From contig CBDHDF010000007.1 in the NCBI GenBank assembly GCA_965261545.1, positions 288,001 through 352,000 on the forward strand: DNA of 64,000 nt. Reading direction: 5' to 3'. The notes beneath the pieces are model-generated. The model made no database searches. It was not told where the DNA came from and saw only the letters and a program-made list of their open reading frames with translations. Positions 40,676 to 50,742 of the stretch are shown here, piece after piece; positions within the stretch are counted from its first letter, which is position 1; each line of letters opens with the position of its first letter. Made by a program: the position numbers and the translations under genes. Origin of the DNA: Bdellovibrionales bacterium. Lineage in GTDB: Bacteria > Bdellovibrionota > Bdellovibrionia > Bdellovibrionales > UBA1609.

Positions 40676-41971
40676 ATGATGAATTCAAAAGAGTTGTTTG
40701 AAAGAGCAAAAAAGGTGATTCCTGGGGGCGTTCATAGCCCTGTAAGGTCCTTTCAATCCGTGGGGGGGGAGCCCTTGTTTTTTAAATCTGCTCAGGGGGC
40801 TTATATGACCACGGTGGAGGGCGAGGAACTCATTGATTTTTGTCAGAGTTTTGGTCCCAACCTTTTAGGACATAGAGACGTCGATGTGGCTTTCAAAGTT
40901 CAACAAATGGTTCAGAGGGCCTGGAGTCTTGGGGCCTGTGACCCCTATTCACTGGAGCTATCGGAATGGTTGGTGGAGAGGCTTCCCTGGGTGGACCAAG
41001 TGCGCTTGGTGAGTTCGGGGACCGAGGCTGTGATGAGCGCCCTTCGCCTCGCTCGGGCAGCGACAGGGCGGCGAAAAATTTTGAAATTTGAGGGCTGCTA
41101 TCACGGTCATACGGATGCGATGTTGGTCAAGGCAGGAAGTGGTTTGGCGGGTGCTGTTGCCAGTGACTCTGCCGGTGTCGAGGGTTCTCTTGTGGAAGAT
41201 ACCATGATTATTCCCTTGGACGACGAAGAGAAATTGAATCAAGTGCTACAGGCCCAGGGTTCTCAAATGGCCGCTGTTATTTTAGAGCCACTGCCCGCCA
41301 ATTATGGACTTTTAAAGCAGCGTCCTTCATTTATTAAGAAATTATTTCAAGGAGCCAAAAACTGTGGGGCCTTGGTGATCTTTGATGAGGTAATTTCAGG
41401 TTTTCGAGTGGGACTTCAGGGCATGGCGGGTTTGTTGGAGCTTTCGCCAGACCTTGTGACATATGGAAAGGTTATGGGAGGAGGCTTTCCCATGGGGTGT
41501 TTTGGGGGGCGTCGAGATATTATGGAACTGGTGGCTCCCTGTGGTCCTGTTTATCAGGCGGGGACGCTGGCCGCCCATCCCGTGGCCACTTGTGCAGGGC
41601 TTGCGACTTTGCAAAAGGTGGAGAAGAGGGGAGTTTATGGGGTTCTCGATCAACGCATGAAAGTCTTTGTAAACTCACTTCAAAAGGGCCTTGAGGTCAC
41701 AGACTGGGATATCACTTTTCAGAATTCTTTGTTTTGGTTTCACTTAAAGAGTGCCGAGCCCTACCGCTCCCCTCGGCAGTTGCCCCCCCAGTTGAGGGCA
41801 AGGTTTCAAGAGCTTTTTCACGGTTGTGTGTGTCGAGGTGTTTACTTGGCTCCAAGTGCCTTTGAAGTCAATTTTTTATCTTTGGCTCACACGGAAGAAA
41901 TTTTAGAAAAGGCTGCTGCGGCCATTGTGGCTGCAGCGATGGAATCCACCAAAGGCCAAGCTCTTAAATGA
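40676..41971 (+). CDS. hemL: Glutamate-1-semialdehyde 2,1-aminomutase
   Basis: PGGVHSPVR, SGTEA, GCYHGH.D, FDEVISGFR, GKVMGGGFP, YQAGTL. Confidence 0.96.
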   Translation: MMNSKELFERAKKVIPGGVHSPVRSFQSVGGEPLFFKSAQGAYMTTVEGEELIDFCQSFGPNLLGHRDVDVAFKVQQMVQRAWSLGACDPYSLELSEWLVERLPWVDQVRLVSSGTEAVMSALRLARAATGRRKILKFEGCYHGHTDAMLVKAGSGLAGAVASDSAGVEGSLVEDTMIIPLDDEEKLNQVLQAQGSQMAAVILEPLPANYGLLKQRPSFIKKLFQGAKNCGALVIFDEVISGFRVGLQGMAGLLELSPDLVTYGKVMGGGFPMGCFGGRRDIMELVAPCGPVYQAGTLAAHPVATCAGLATLQKVEKRGVYGVLDQRMKVFVNSLQKGLEVTDWDITFQNSLFWFHLKSAEPYRSPRQLPPQLRARFQELFHGCVCRGVYLAPSAFEVNFLSLAHTEEILEKAAAAIVAAAMESTKGQALK

Positions 41972-42895
41972 GGTGGAAAAGAGAGTTTGTGAGAAAGAGC
42001 AAAATAATTTTGATTCTTCTATGGTTTACACTCACTTTGTCCATGGCGGGTTGGTGGGCTACCTTTGCGTTGAGACTTCTTGAGTCGACTCCCAAGGCCG
42101 AGGATGTGGATCGTTTGAGAAGTATGATTTTTTGGGAAGGCTTTGTTTGGATGGCCCTTCTTCTTATTGGAGGACTTTCCCTTATTTTTTATGTCATTAA
42201 AGAGGAGGGGCAGGCGAGAAAGCTTAAGGGGTTTGTTGCCGCTTTTAGCCACGACTTAAAAACTTCATTGGCCAGTTTAAGGTTACAGGCTGAAAGTTTA
42301 AAGGAAGACCTTGCAGATCATTCAAACTTCGCCCCCCCCCAAGGAAGATCTCACTGTGAGATTGATTGCAGACACTGTTCGTTTGGAACTTCAGCTAGAA
42401 AATTCTCTTTTTTTGGCACGGGGATTCGTTCAGAAGCTTTATTTTCAGAACCTTAAAATCAGTGACATTTTAAAGAAAGTAGAACTTAACTGGCCTCAGA
42501 TGAAGTTGGATTTTAAAGAAGAATTTTTGAAAGATCTGCATGTCTATGCAGATGGTCGAGTTCTTCAAAGAATTTTTGACAATATCATTTATAATGCCAT
42601 TATCCATGGCCAAGCCGATGCTATCTCTGTAAGGACTCTGCTCAGGGGACGCCTTTGCTTTCAAGACAATGGAGTGGGTTTTTGTGGGAATCCCCAGAGG
42701 TTGGGCGAAATGTTTTATCGTCATACCCCAAGCAGTGGCAGTGGTATGGGGCTTTACATTGTGTCTCAATTGATGAAAGATATGGGAGGAGCCGCTTCCT
42801 TTCCAGGAGTGGTGCAAACCTCTAAAAAGCCTGAAGGTTTTCAGGTCTGTTTAGAATTCAAGCAACCCTCGATCTCTACTCCTGGAATCTTATGA
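41968..42895 (+). CDS. Membrane sensor histidine kinase, out of frame at a C9 tract (42332-42340)
   Basis: FSHDLKTSL in the first frame; NIIYNAI.HG, DNGVG, GSGMGLY in the second; C8 would fuse them. Confidence 0.82.
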
Positions 42896-43608
42896 TTCAC
42901 TTGCTTTTGATAGAAGATGATCCTGCTCTAGGCCAGACTCTTAAAGAGCGTCTTGAAAAAGAAGGCTACAAAGTGTCTTGGGCAACGAGTCTCTCCATGG
43001 CTCGTCAGTATTTAAGGACAAGCTCTGGTGACTTTGGTGGTTCTGGAAGACCCCAAGGGTTCTCACCTCTACGTCTTGCTCTCTTGGATGTGGGTTTGCC
43101 CGATGGCTTGGGGTTTGAATTTGTTGAAGACATTCAGAAAATCTGGCCCATTCCCTTTATTTTTATAACGGCTCAGGCATCTGCTGAAGACCGTTTGCGT
43201 GGGTATGAACTCGGAGCCACCGAGTTTATTCCCAAACCTTTTCACCTCAAAGAAGTCTTAATACGCATCAAGCATGTTTTGGAAAATCATAGTCTTGACA
43301 CCTACAAACTCAAGGATGGCACTCGCATTGAATTTACTTGTCTGAGAATTATCCGTGCCGATGACTCCCTCCAAGAGCTAAGTCTGAAAGAAATGCAGAT
43401 ACTGAAGCTTATCATTGAGAGGTCTCCCCAGGCCGTCAGTCGAGATGTGATTCTCGATGTTATATGGGGAATGGATAAATTCCCAAGCCAAAGAACCATT
43501 GATAATATGATTGTTCGTTTGAGGCAGGCCCTTGGCTTCTATGGGGGCCTTTGCATACGCTCTGTGAGAGGGGTGGGCTACCAATTTATCGATACCTCCC
43601 TACTATAA
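42892..43608 (+). CDS. OmpR/PhoB-family response regulator
   Basis: IEDD, LDVGLPDG, KPF, RTIDN.I.RLR, SVRGVGY. Confidence 0.93.
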   Translation: MIHLLLIEDDPALGQTLKERLEKEGYKVSWATSLSMARQYLRTSSGDFGGSGRPQGFSPLRLALLDVGLPDGLGFEFVEDIQKIWPIPFIFITAQASAEDRLRGYELGATEFIPKPFHLKEVLIRIKHVLENHSLDTYKLKDGTRIEFTCLRIIRADDSLQELSLKEMQILKLIIERSPQAVSRDVILDVIWGMDKFPSQRTIDNMIVRLRQALGFYGGLCIRSVRGVGYQFIDTSLL

Positions 43609-43885
43609 TTTTCCTAGCATTGTTTAGGTGTTGACCACTGTATAACAAAAAATGTCACTTTCTTCGTTTCAGTAAACATTGATCTTAGAATCATAAAATA
43701 AAAAATGATGAATATCAATGACTTAAGTCATTATATACTTCTAACAATTATATTGGAACAGTATTTGCTTCTTAGTTAAATTACTTAAAATAGATAATTA
43801 TGTATTGACCAGACATCCATGCTCTCTCGTTCTCTGTAAAAGAGTATAAAAAAGAAAGAGAGTATAAAATAAAGGAGAGAACATT

Positions 43886-44572
43886 ATGAAAATTATGAAA
43901 ACAGTAAAGAAGATGAGTAAATACTCATATTTCAGTTTCACTATGGCGACCGCAAGTATGTTCATGGCTTTTAGTATACATGCGGAGGGACTGCGCACTT
44001 ACCAAGCCATTGATCTGAAAGACTATAAAGATTTAATGGTTGAGTATGAACTGTACGAAATGGGAGGCTATCAAGCAACTTCACTGGAAAATTTAATTGA
44101 AATGAGTGACTCATGGTCTGGGTATTGTTATAACGATGTGTATCCAGTTTTTGCTGATAGTCCTTACCGCCCTACAGTTTTTTTGGATCAAATAAAACTA
44201 AAAAAATTAGTTAGAAATGATACCATCCTAGGAATTAATTCTTCGTCTGTGCATCTAGATATAGAAAATGCTACAAATCTTTATGCAGAAGGTACAAAGA
44301 CTTATTTTATAACTAAAGATAAATCTCTTTTGTTTCCTGGCACTCACTGGTCATTAAAGGTATGCTACTATGAACATGATAGAGAAGAGGTGGTGATAGA
44401 GACGGAAGACCAGTCATGTGTTTATAGTCTTGAAGATCATTCATGGTGTAGAAAAGAAGCAAAGATAAAACAAAAACTTCTTGAATCATGGGATATAAAT
44501 CCGATTTCAGAGCTTCGCGAAGCATGGAATGCAGAAGATGCAATCCCATCGGTCGGCTACCAAGGGATGTAA
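43886..44572 (+). CDS. Hypothetical secreted protein (AT-rich)
   Basis: AAGGAG RBS, signal-peptide-like N-terminus (SIHA|E); no family recognised. Confidence 0.6.
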   Translation: MKIMKTVKKMSKYSYFSFTMATASMFMAFSIHAEGLRTYQAIDLKDYKDLMVEYELYEMGGYQATSLENLIEMSDSWSGYCYNDVYPVFADSPYRPTVFLDQIKLKKLVRNDTILGINSSSVHLDIENATNLYAEGTKTYFITKDKSLLFPGTHWSLKVCYYEHDREEVVIETEDQSCVYSLEDHSWCRKEAKIKQKLLESWDINPISELREAWNAEDAIPSVGYQGM

Positions 44573-44732
44573 TGTAGTGTTGTCGCGCACACGAACCGAT
44601 CACCCTTAGCCTTTTTACCCTTTACCCTTCTGGCAATAAGAAATGTGGGGCTGCAAACAAACCGCAAATCCACAAATTTTCTATGAAACCATAGGTGTGA
44701 GCAGTTGTGCCGTACTAGTTGTGCCGTACTTA

Positions 44733-45755
44733 TTAGGAATCGGCATGAGTCTCGGGGTCGGTATCCTTTGTTGTATCTTCCTTATCTATTGTATCCGTGG
44801 ATTTTTGAAGGACTGGATTTCTTGTAAAATTGGAGTGCAATTGATCCCGTAGCTTTTTAGCAAGCTCTTCAAGGTGGTTGAATTCATCGCCTTCACGAAG
44901 TCGAAGCTCTCTATCTTTCCCCGCGAGAATATCTTCTAGGAACTTTTCAAAGGCATGTATGGGACCTGCTGTTCGGTGGGATAAGGTTCTTCCAATAATT
45001 AAAAGTGCAATGGTAAAAGCTAAGCTTATCAAAGCAAAGACTGTGAGAAAAGGAATGATAAATTTTTCCTCGATGGCCCTTGGGGAGGAAGTCACCAAAT
45101 CATCAATGATTATCTTGATATAGGTATATGAGAAAACTCCACTGATAATAGAAAAGCCCAAGGCCACAGCGATGAGAATAAAAATGTAGTTCGTTTGAAA
45201 TTTAGGTTTGACCCACCTTGCCTTTCTCTCACTGGAAGAGGGCCATATTTGTTGTTCCTCTTTCACAAGGCCATAGATCAAAAATGCGTAGCCCACCCAT
45301 TGAAGCCCATCTGCCATATTGAAGGCGGGAGTTATCAACTTAAGGGAGCCTATTTGCCAGTTTGGTGAGCCAAGAATCAAAAAGTCCACCACAGATCCCC
45401 ATATAATGCGGTCAGAGACATTGCCAATAATGCCTCCGAGTAAGATTGACATCCCACTTCGAAGAGCGAGAGATTTACGAGAAATGAGATATTGTAGAAA
45501 AATATAAATAAAAATGAGAAAGGCTCCTCCTGTGGATAGGGAAACAATCCTCAAAATGGGTGGTAAATCTGAAAACATCCCCAGCATGGCACCAGGGTTT
45601 TTGTGCAGAACAAAACCAATCGGTCCGTAAAAATTCAAGCCTTCAAGGGAGTAAAGAGCCCATAGTTTTGTGAGCCTATCGAGAATCCAAGTCGCAAAAA
45701 CCAATCCAATAACTAAAAACCACTCTCGCTTTCTCATTTGTTTAGAGTCTATCAC
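44733..45755 (-). CDS. lspA: Signal peptidase II with a C-terminal 2-TM plus HAMP-like extension
   Basis: DRLTK, N.GA..G, GNVSDR, VVDF, FNMAD. Confidence 0.82.
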   Translation of the reverse strand: MIDSKQMRKREWFLVIGLVFATWILDRLTKLWALYSLEGLNFYGPIGFVLHKNPGAMLGMFSDLPPILRIVSLSTGGAFLIFIYIFLQYLISRKSLALRSGMSILLGGIIGNVSDRIIWGSVVDFLILGSPNWQIGSLKLITPAFNMADGLQWVGYAFLIYGLVKEEQQIWPSSSERKARWVKPKFQTNYIFILIAVALGFSIISGVFSYTYIKIIIDDLVTSSPRAIEEKFIIPFLTVFALISLAFTIALLIIGRTLSHRTAGPIHAFEKFLEDILAGKDRELRLREGDEFNHLEELAKKLRDQLHSNFTRNPVLQKSTDTIDKEDTTKDTDPETHADS

Positions 45756-45968
45756 TTTTAGGGAAAGATACTATAAAAGATCGTTGTGCCAGAAGATTGT
45801 TGTGCCAGAAGATCGCAGTTGCCAAGAGCTTAGCAAAACAGCCGCCTCACTCCTGGGTGGATGGCGAGAGACATCCAGGGAGGTTCTAGGCAAGCACTTC
45901 ACAGGGAAGGACACCAGGCACATTTAACTGGCGAATGACATTAAGCATTATTGACGTTATAGTGATGG

Positions 45969-47594
45969 GTGCCGTATTGCTTGGTTAAGATGTTAGATCA
46001 ATTCATAACTCACTTGGTTTTATTGGTTCTATTTGTTTTTATGAACTCCTTCACCATGTCCACAGGGGCTGCGGTCATGGAGAGGGCTAAAGAACAAAAA
46101 AAACACTCTTCCCACCTACTGGCCAAGTCGTTGGAAAAGTGGGTGTCTAAAAGTTCTCTTCCTTTAAAGTCCATGGGAATCGTGGTGCAAGACCTGAAGA
46201 CGGGAGAAATTTTATATGAACTCAATGGCCACAAGCCCTACACTCCTGCTTCTCTCACGAAGTTTGCCACGGCCTATGGAGTCTTGAAAGAAATGAAAGG
46301 AACACAAACCTTCGTCACGCGTTTGCTTAGTTCGGCTCCAATAAATTCCCATGGAAAGCTACGTGGTGATTTGTATTTGGTTGGTGGAGGGGACCCCACT
46401 TTTGTATCTGAATCCATGTGGAGGCTTGTCAATCACCTGAAAAGAACTGGTTTGACCTCCGTGACAGGCAATCTCGTTGTGGATGACTCCCTTTTTCAGT
46501 ACTTTCGGTATGGCAAGGCGGCTGGACGTGTGGATAGGGCCTATGATGCCCCAACAAGCGCCATGTCTTTTAACTGGAATAGTGTGAATGTTTACGTTAG
46601 ACCTTCTGAAGTGGGGCATTCCCCTTTTGTGTTTGCAGACCCTGAAAATGAATTTGTTGAAGTTATCAACAGGGCACAAACAATTCGCGGAAAGAGAAAT
46701 AGCATTCTCGTTCGAAGAGTTGAGGTCAAATTTCAGGACTCCTACAAAAATCAAATTGTAGTGACAGGGAAGCTGGGTGTGGACCGAGGAGAAATGGTCA
46801 TTTACAAAAGTATTACAAGGCCCAGTCTGTGGAGTGGCTACAACCTTAAGGCTTTCTTGGAGCGTCGGGGAATAGAAGTTCATGGGAAAGTTCTTAGGGG
46901 CCATTTCCCTCTCTCTCAGCAAGTGACCGAGTGGGCCCGGGTGGAGTCAGAGCCCTTGTCCCACTCCATCACCAAAATGATGAAGTTTTCCAACAACTAT
47001 ATTTCAAATATGCTTATTCAATCTTTAGCTCTTCAAAGTCAGAACCAGAATCAGAGCCAGGACCACAGGCCACAGCAAAGACAAGGTCACACACAACACC
47101 ACAAGCCACAGCAAAAGCCCGCAGGGTCTGCAAGTAGGCGGGAGGGGTTAAGGATTTTATCTCAAATTCTTAAAGACCAAGGTTTTATGGATTTTCACAT
47201 TGAAAGTAGTTCGGGCCTCTCTCATAAGAATAAACTTAGGCCCATAGATATCAGTCGTTTGCTCAAAATATCCCTGGAAGATTTTTCTATATTTCCCGAA
47301 TGGGTGTCAGCCCTCCCCATTGCCGGTCGGGATGGAACACTTAAAAGAAGGTTTCTTGTCAACCCAGGTGGCGTTCGCGCTAAGACGGGTCTTTTGAGTG
47401 GCGTGGTGGCTTTGGCTGGCTATGCTGGACCGTCAGAAGCACCCCCCTCCCCCTCCTCATCCCAGCAGGGTGGTTCGTCTCCCTCGGTCAGGAGCCACCT
47501 TAAAAGTTTTGTCTTGATCTACAACGGTAAGACTGAGGGTATGAGTAAGGCAAAACTTTTATTCGAGAATATGGCCCTTCAACTCACAAAGTAG
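45969..47594 (+). CDS. dacB: D-Ala-D-Ala carboxypeptidase/endopeptidase (PBP4, peptidase S13)
   Basis: PASLTK (SxxK), GGGDP, SNN, SGLS, KTG. Confidence 0.92.
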   Translation: MPYCLVKMLDQFITHLVLLVLFVFMNSFTMSTGAAVMERAKEQKKHSSHLLAKSLEKWVSKSSLPLKSMGIVVQDLKTGEILYELNGHKPYTPASLTKFATAYGVLKEMKGTQTFVTRLLSSAPINSHGKLRGDLYLVGGGDPTFVSESMWRLVNHLKRTGLTSVTGNLVVDDSLFQYFRYGKAAGRVDRAYDAPTSAMSFNWNSVNVYVRPSEVGHSPFVFADPENEFVEVINRAQTIRGKRNSILVRRVEVKFQDSYKNQIVVTGKLGVDRGEMVIYKSITRPSLWSGYNLKAFLERRGIEVHGKVLRGHFPLSQQVTEWARVESEPLSHSITKMMKFSNNYISNMLIQSLALQSQNQNQSQDHRPQQRQGHTQHHKPQQKPAGSASRREGLRILSQILKDQGFMDFHIESSSGLSHKNKLRPIDISRLLKISLEDFSIFPEWVSALPIAGRDGTLKRRFLVNPGGVRAKTGLLSGVVALAGYAGPSEAPPSPSSSQQGGSSPSVRSHLKSFVLIYNGKTEGMSKAKLLFENMALQLTK

Positions 47595-47757
47595 GGTTTC
47601 AACAGCCGTTTGAACTTGAATTAAATCTTTCAGCACTTAACCTTTGAGACTTTGGTCGTGGTGAGGCGGAAAAATCCGTGTCTTACTTTAGGTTTTTCTC
47701 AATTATTTCCGATACTTTACTGTGTGAAATGGGCCTTGAAAACACAAAGGAGGGGTT

Positions 47758-48666
47758 GTGTTCAGTATAGAGTGGCTATTGTTATTGGGTGGCCTCGGTC
47801 TTTTTGCCTTGGGTGTCTACCTCTTTATCAGTGAAATTTTTGCTGGAAATGCCGATGAAGAGGCTCTTGCCTGGGCTTCAGACAATGAACCGAAACTCTC
47901 TAAGTCCAGCTTTATCAATTTCTCAAGACCCTTGGTTCATAACCTCACCCTACAGCACACAACCAAAATTAAAAATAAAGCCTATCGCCAAAAGGTGAAG
48001 AAAAAAATTATGACGGCGGGTTTATCCAAAGAACTCAACGTGGATGAATTCATTGGGCTTCAAATCCTATGGGGAGTGATGTTTCCCATTTTTGTGGTCA
48101 TTTTAAACTTTGCTCTTCAGTTGGGTTATAGTTACGCTCTTTGTCTTTTGCTAGGTCTTTTTGGCATCTATTTTCCTCATCTTCACTGCTCTCAGTGTAA
48201 AAAGCATCGTTATGGTGCTGTTATTTTGGACCTGCCTTTTTTCATTGACCTTCTTGCACTTTCCACAGAAGCAGGTTTGGATTTCATTAATGCCATGCAA
48301 AGAATTGTTGAGAAGGCTGAAAACAGTGTGCTTGCCGATGAATTTTCCATCGTTCTTAAAGACATTAAATTGGGAAGTTCAAGGGCTGAAGCTCTTAGAG
48401 AATTGGCAGAAAGACTTGATATTCCAGAGGTGACAAGTTTGTGTGCAGTGATTATTGACGCCGATTATACGGGGGCGAGCATTGCCGATGTTCTTAAAGA
48501 GCAGTCGGCCCAAATGAGATTGGAACGCTTTGTGAGAGCTGAAAAAGCGGGGGCAAGGGCTTCCCAGGCTATTCTTGTTCCCATGATGATTTTCATTCTT
48601 CCGGCGGTGTTTATTATGGTTTTTGCCCCTGTTATTATCCAATTTGCCTCGGGAGGTGGGCCATGA
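47758..48666 (+). CDS. tadC: Type II secretion F-domain protein, TadC-like
   Basis: LPFFIDLLA...EAGL.F..A, R.EAL, G.SI..VL..Q, FILP. Confidence 0.85.
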   Translation: MFSIEWLLLLGGLGLFALGVYLFISEIFAGNADEEALAWASDNEPKLSKSSFINFSRPLVHNLTLQHTTKIKNKAYRQKVKKKIMTAGLSKELNVDEFIGLQILWGVMFPIFVVILNFALQLGYSYALCLLLGLFGIYFPHLHCSQCKKHRYGAVILDLPFFIDLLALSTEAGLDFINAMQRIVEKAENSVLADEFSIVLKDIKLGSSRAEALRELAERLDIPEVTSLCAVIIDADYTGASIADVLKEQSAQMRLERFVRAEKAGARASQAILVPMMIFILPAVFIMVFAPVIIQFASGGGP

Positions 48667-49025
48667 ACGGCCCTGTTGTGAACTCTATTGTGAACCTTCG
48701 AACCCATGAAGTTTTATTCTCCCATATTTTTGTTCCCACCACTTTTTTAAAACGCACCCTTGGTCTTATGGGGCAGAAGGCTCTTGAGGAGGGTGCAGCC
48801 CTTATGATTACTCGCTGCGGGAGTATCCATACGCACTTTATGCGTTTTGCAATGGATGCTATTTTTGTGGACAAAGATCTTAAAGTTCAATCTATTTATA
48901 AAAATATAAAACCTTGGAGGTTTGTTTTCGCCGGTCCGACCTCCTATTCGGTCATAGAATTTACCAGTGATTATTTTGACTACAGAAAAATTCGTCTAGG
49001 AGATCAACTCAGTGTGGGAAATTAG
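48663..49025 (+). CDS. DUF192-like protein
   Basis: R..GLMG, SIHT.FMRF.MD.IF.D, KPWR, VIE. Confidence 0.8.
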   Translation: MNGPVVNSIVNLRTHEVLFSHIFVPTTFLKRTLGLMGQKALEEGAALMITRCGSIHTHFMRFAMDAIFVDKDLKVQSIYKNIKPWRFVFAGPTSYSVIEFTSDYFDYRKIRLGDQLSVGN

Positions 49026-50742
49026 AGTCCTCACAGGATCCCAAAGGGGTCAAAAATTCTTACTCTCTCGTGGCACCTACAGGGTGGGGCGCAGCCCTTC
49101 CTGCGAGGTAACTCTTCAGCATTCTCAAGTTTCCAAGGAGCATGCATGTATTCAAGTTTACGGTGACGGTATTGTGATTTTTGATATGAAGTCCAGAAAT
49201 GGAACCTTTGTCAATGGGACTCAAATTCAAAGCTATATCTTAAAGCCTCAAGACCAGGTTGTTATTTATGACATTCATTTGCAAATAGTGCCGGCCTCGG
49301 CTCCCGCCAACCACGATCCAGACTTTGGCCCTACCAATGCTTTCAATGATTTTTCGGAAAATCAGGCAAGTTTTCATCACGCCTCCGCCCATGGCTCCCC
49401 TCGCCCAGGTCCCCATTCTGACTCCCACCCAGGTCCTTCCAATTCCCACCTGGGTTCCCAGCCCGGCCCTTACCCTGGGCCTCATCCTGACTTTCATCCT
49501 GAAGGCTTGGGAGATGAACCTCTCAGTGGAGGGCAAGGTTCAGCAGCAAGTAGCCTCTTGGACAAACTCCATCAGTACATTGAGGAAGTGGCCTTGCCTG
49601 CCATTTACAAGATTCCAGAAATCATGGAAGCCAAATGGGCCATGGGCCTTTTTATTTTGGGTTTTGCCACCATTGTTACATTTCTTTCAGCCGTACCAGC
49701 TCTTCATTTGCTCAAGTCAAATGTAGAAAAAGAAGCTGAAAAAAGAGCGGTGACCATCGCTACAGCGATGGTTCGTGAAAATAGAAACGCCATTGCAACA
49801 CAAGTGCAAACAGCTCTCAGTGTTCAGGCGGCGGCAAATGAAGCTGGTGTCAACAGGGCCCTTATTGTCTCTAACCCCGAGGGAACGATTATGGCGCCGG
49901 CAAGTCTTGCCGGTCAGTATGCTTCGAAAACTCCCTTTATCTATTCGGCCATCAAGGACCCCTCACAAGTGGTGGAGTCCATAGGCGACAACCTCATTGG
50001 GGTTTCTATACCTATAAAGTTTTATAAACCCTCCACGGGAGAGGCTCATATTGTTGCCAATGCCATTCTTATTTACGATATGTCATCCATCGCCATTCAA
50101 AATGCCCAAGTGACAAGCCTTTATATCCAGATATATGCATTGGCTCTTCTCTTTGGTGCCCTTCTTCTTTTTTTCATTTACAAAATGACAAATCACCCCA
50201 TTGAAGGAATCAACAAGCAGTTGGATGAGGTGCTTAGAGCGGGAACTCTTCAAGAAGACGCAACTCATATACAATCCTCTTATAATTTGGCGAGTTTGCA
50301 GCGTATGGTTTCTAATATCAACAGCGCCTTAAGTAGAATGAATCAGGGAGATAGCCCTGAGAATTCCATGGGGATGGAGTATGACAGAAGTCAAGAACTG
50401 ACTCATCTTGTTCAACTGATCGGCTTTGGGGCTATTGGCATCACCTCCCATAATCTCTCAGTGGCCGCTGTCAATAGTGAGTTTCAGGAAAGCACGGGAA
50501 TGAGTGCCGAGGAGTTACTTTACACCCCTGTGGAGAATATGACAGATCAAGCTCTTAAGCTGAGCCTCCAAGATCTCATTGAGCGTGCCCAAAATCCATC
50601 CGATTCCATGGTGAGCAATGAGCTTGAAGTGGCAGGTATCAATTACGAGCTTGTCATTCAGCCCATCTATGGAAAAGCTTCCATTGCTTACTATCTCATT
50701 GTTATGTTTCCCCGCGAGGGTTCTGAAGAGGGTGTGGCATGA
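49012..50742 (+). CDS. FHA-domain membrane protein
   Basis: VGR...VSKEHA...SRNGTFVNG; Pro/His/Gly linker; two TM segments. Confidence 0.85.
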   Translation: MWEIRVLTGSQRGQKFLLSRGTYRVGRSPSCEVTLQHSQVSKEHACIQVYGDGIVIFDMKSRNGTFVNGTQIQSYILKPQDQVVIYDIHLQIVPASAPANHDPDFGPTNAFNDFSENQASFHHASAHGSPRPGPHSDSHPGPSNSHLGSQPGPYPGPHPDFHPEGLGDEPLSGGQGSAASSLLDKLHQYIEEVALPAIYKIPEIMEAKWAMGLFILGFATIVTFLSAVPALHLLKSNVEKEAEKRAVTIATAMVRENRNAIATQVQTALSVQAAANEAGVNRALIVSNPEGTIMAPASLAGQYASKTPFIYSAIKDPSQVVESIGDNLIGVSIPIKFYKPSTGEAHIVANAILIYDMSSIAIQNAQVTSLYIQIYALALLFGALLLFFIYKMTNHPIEGINKQLDEVLRAGTLQEDATHIQSSYNLASLQRMVSNINSALSRMNQGDSPENSMGMEYDRSQELTHLVQLIGFGAIGITSHNLSVAAVNSEFQESTGMSAEELLYTPVENMTDQALKLSLQDLIERAQNPSDSMVSNELEVAGINYELVIQPIYGKASIAYYLIVMFPREGSEEGVA

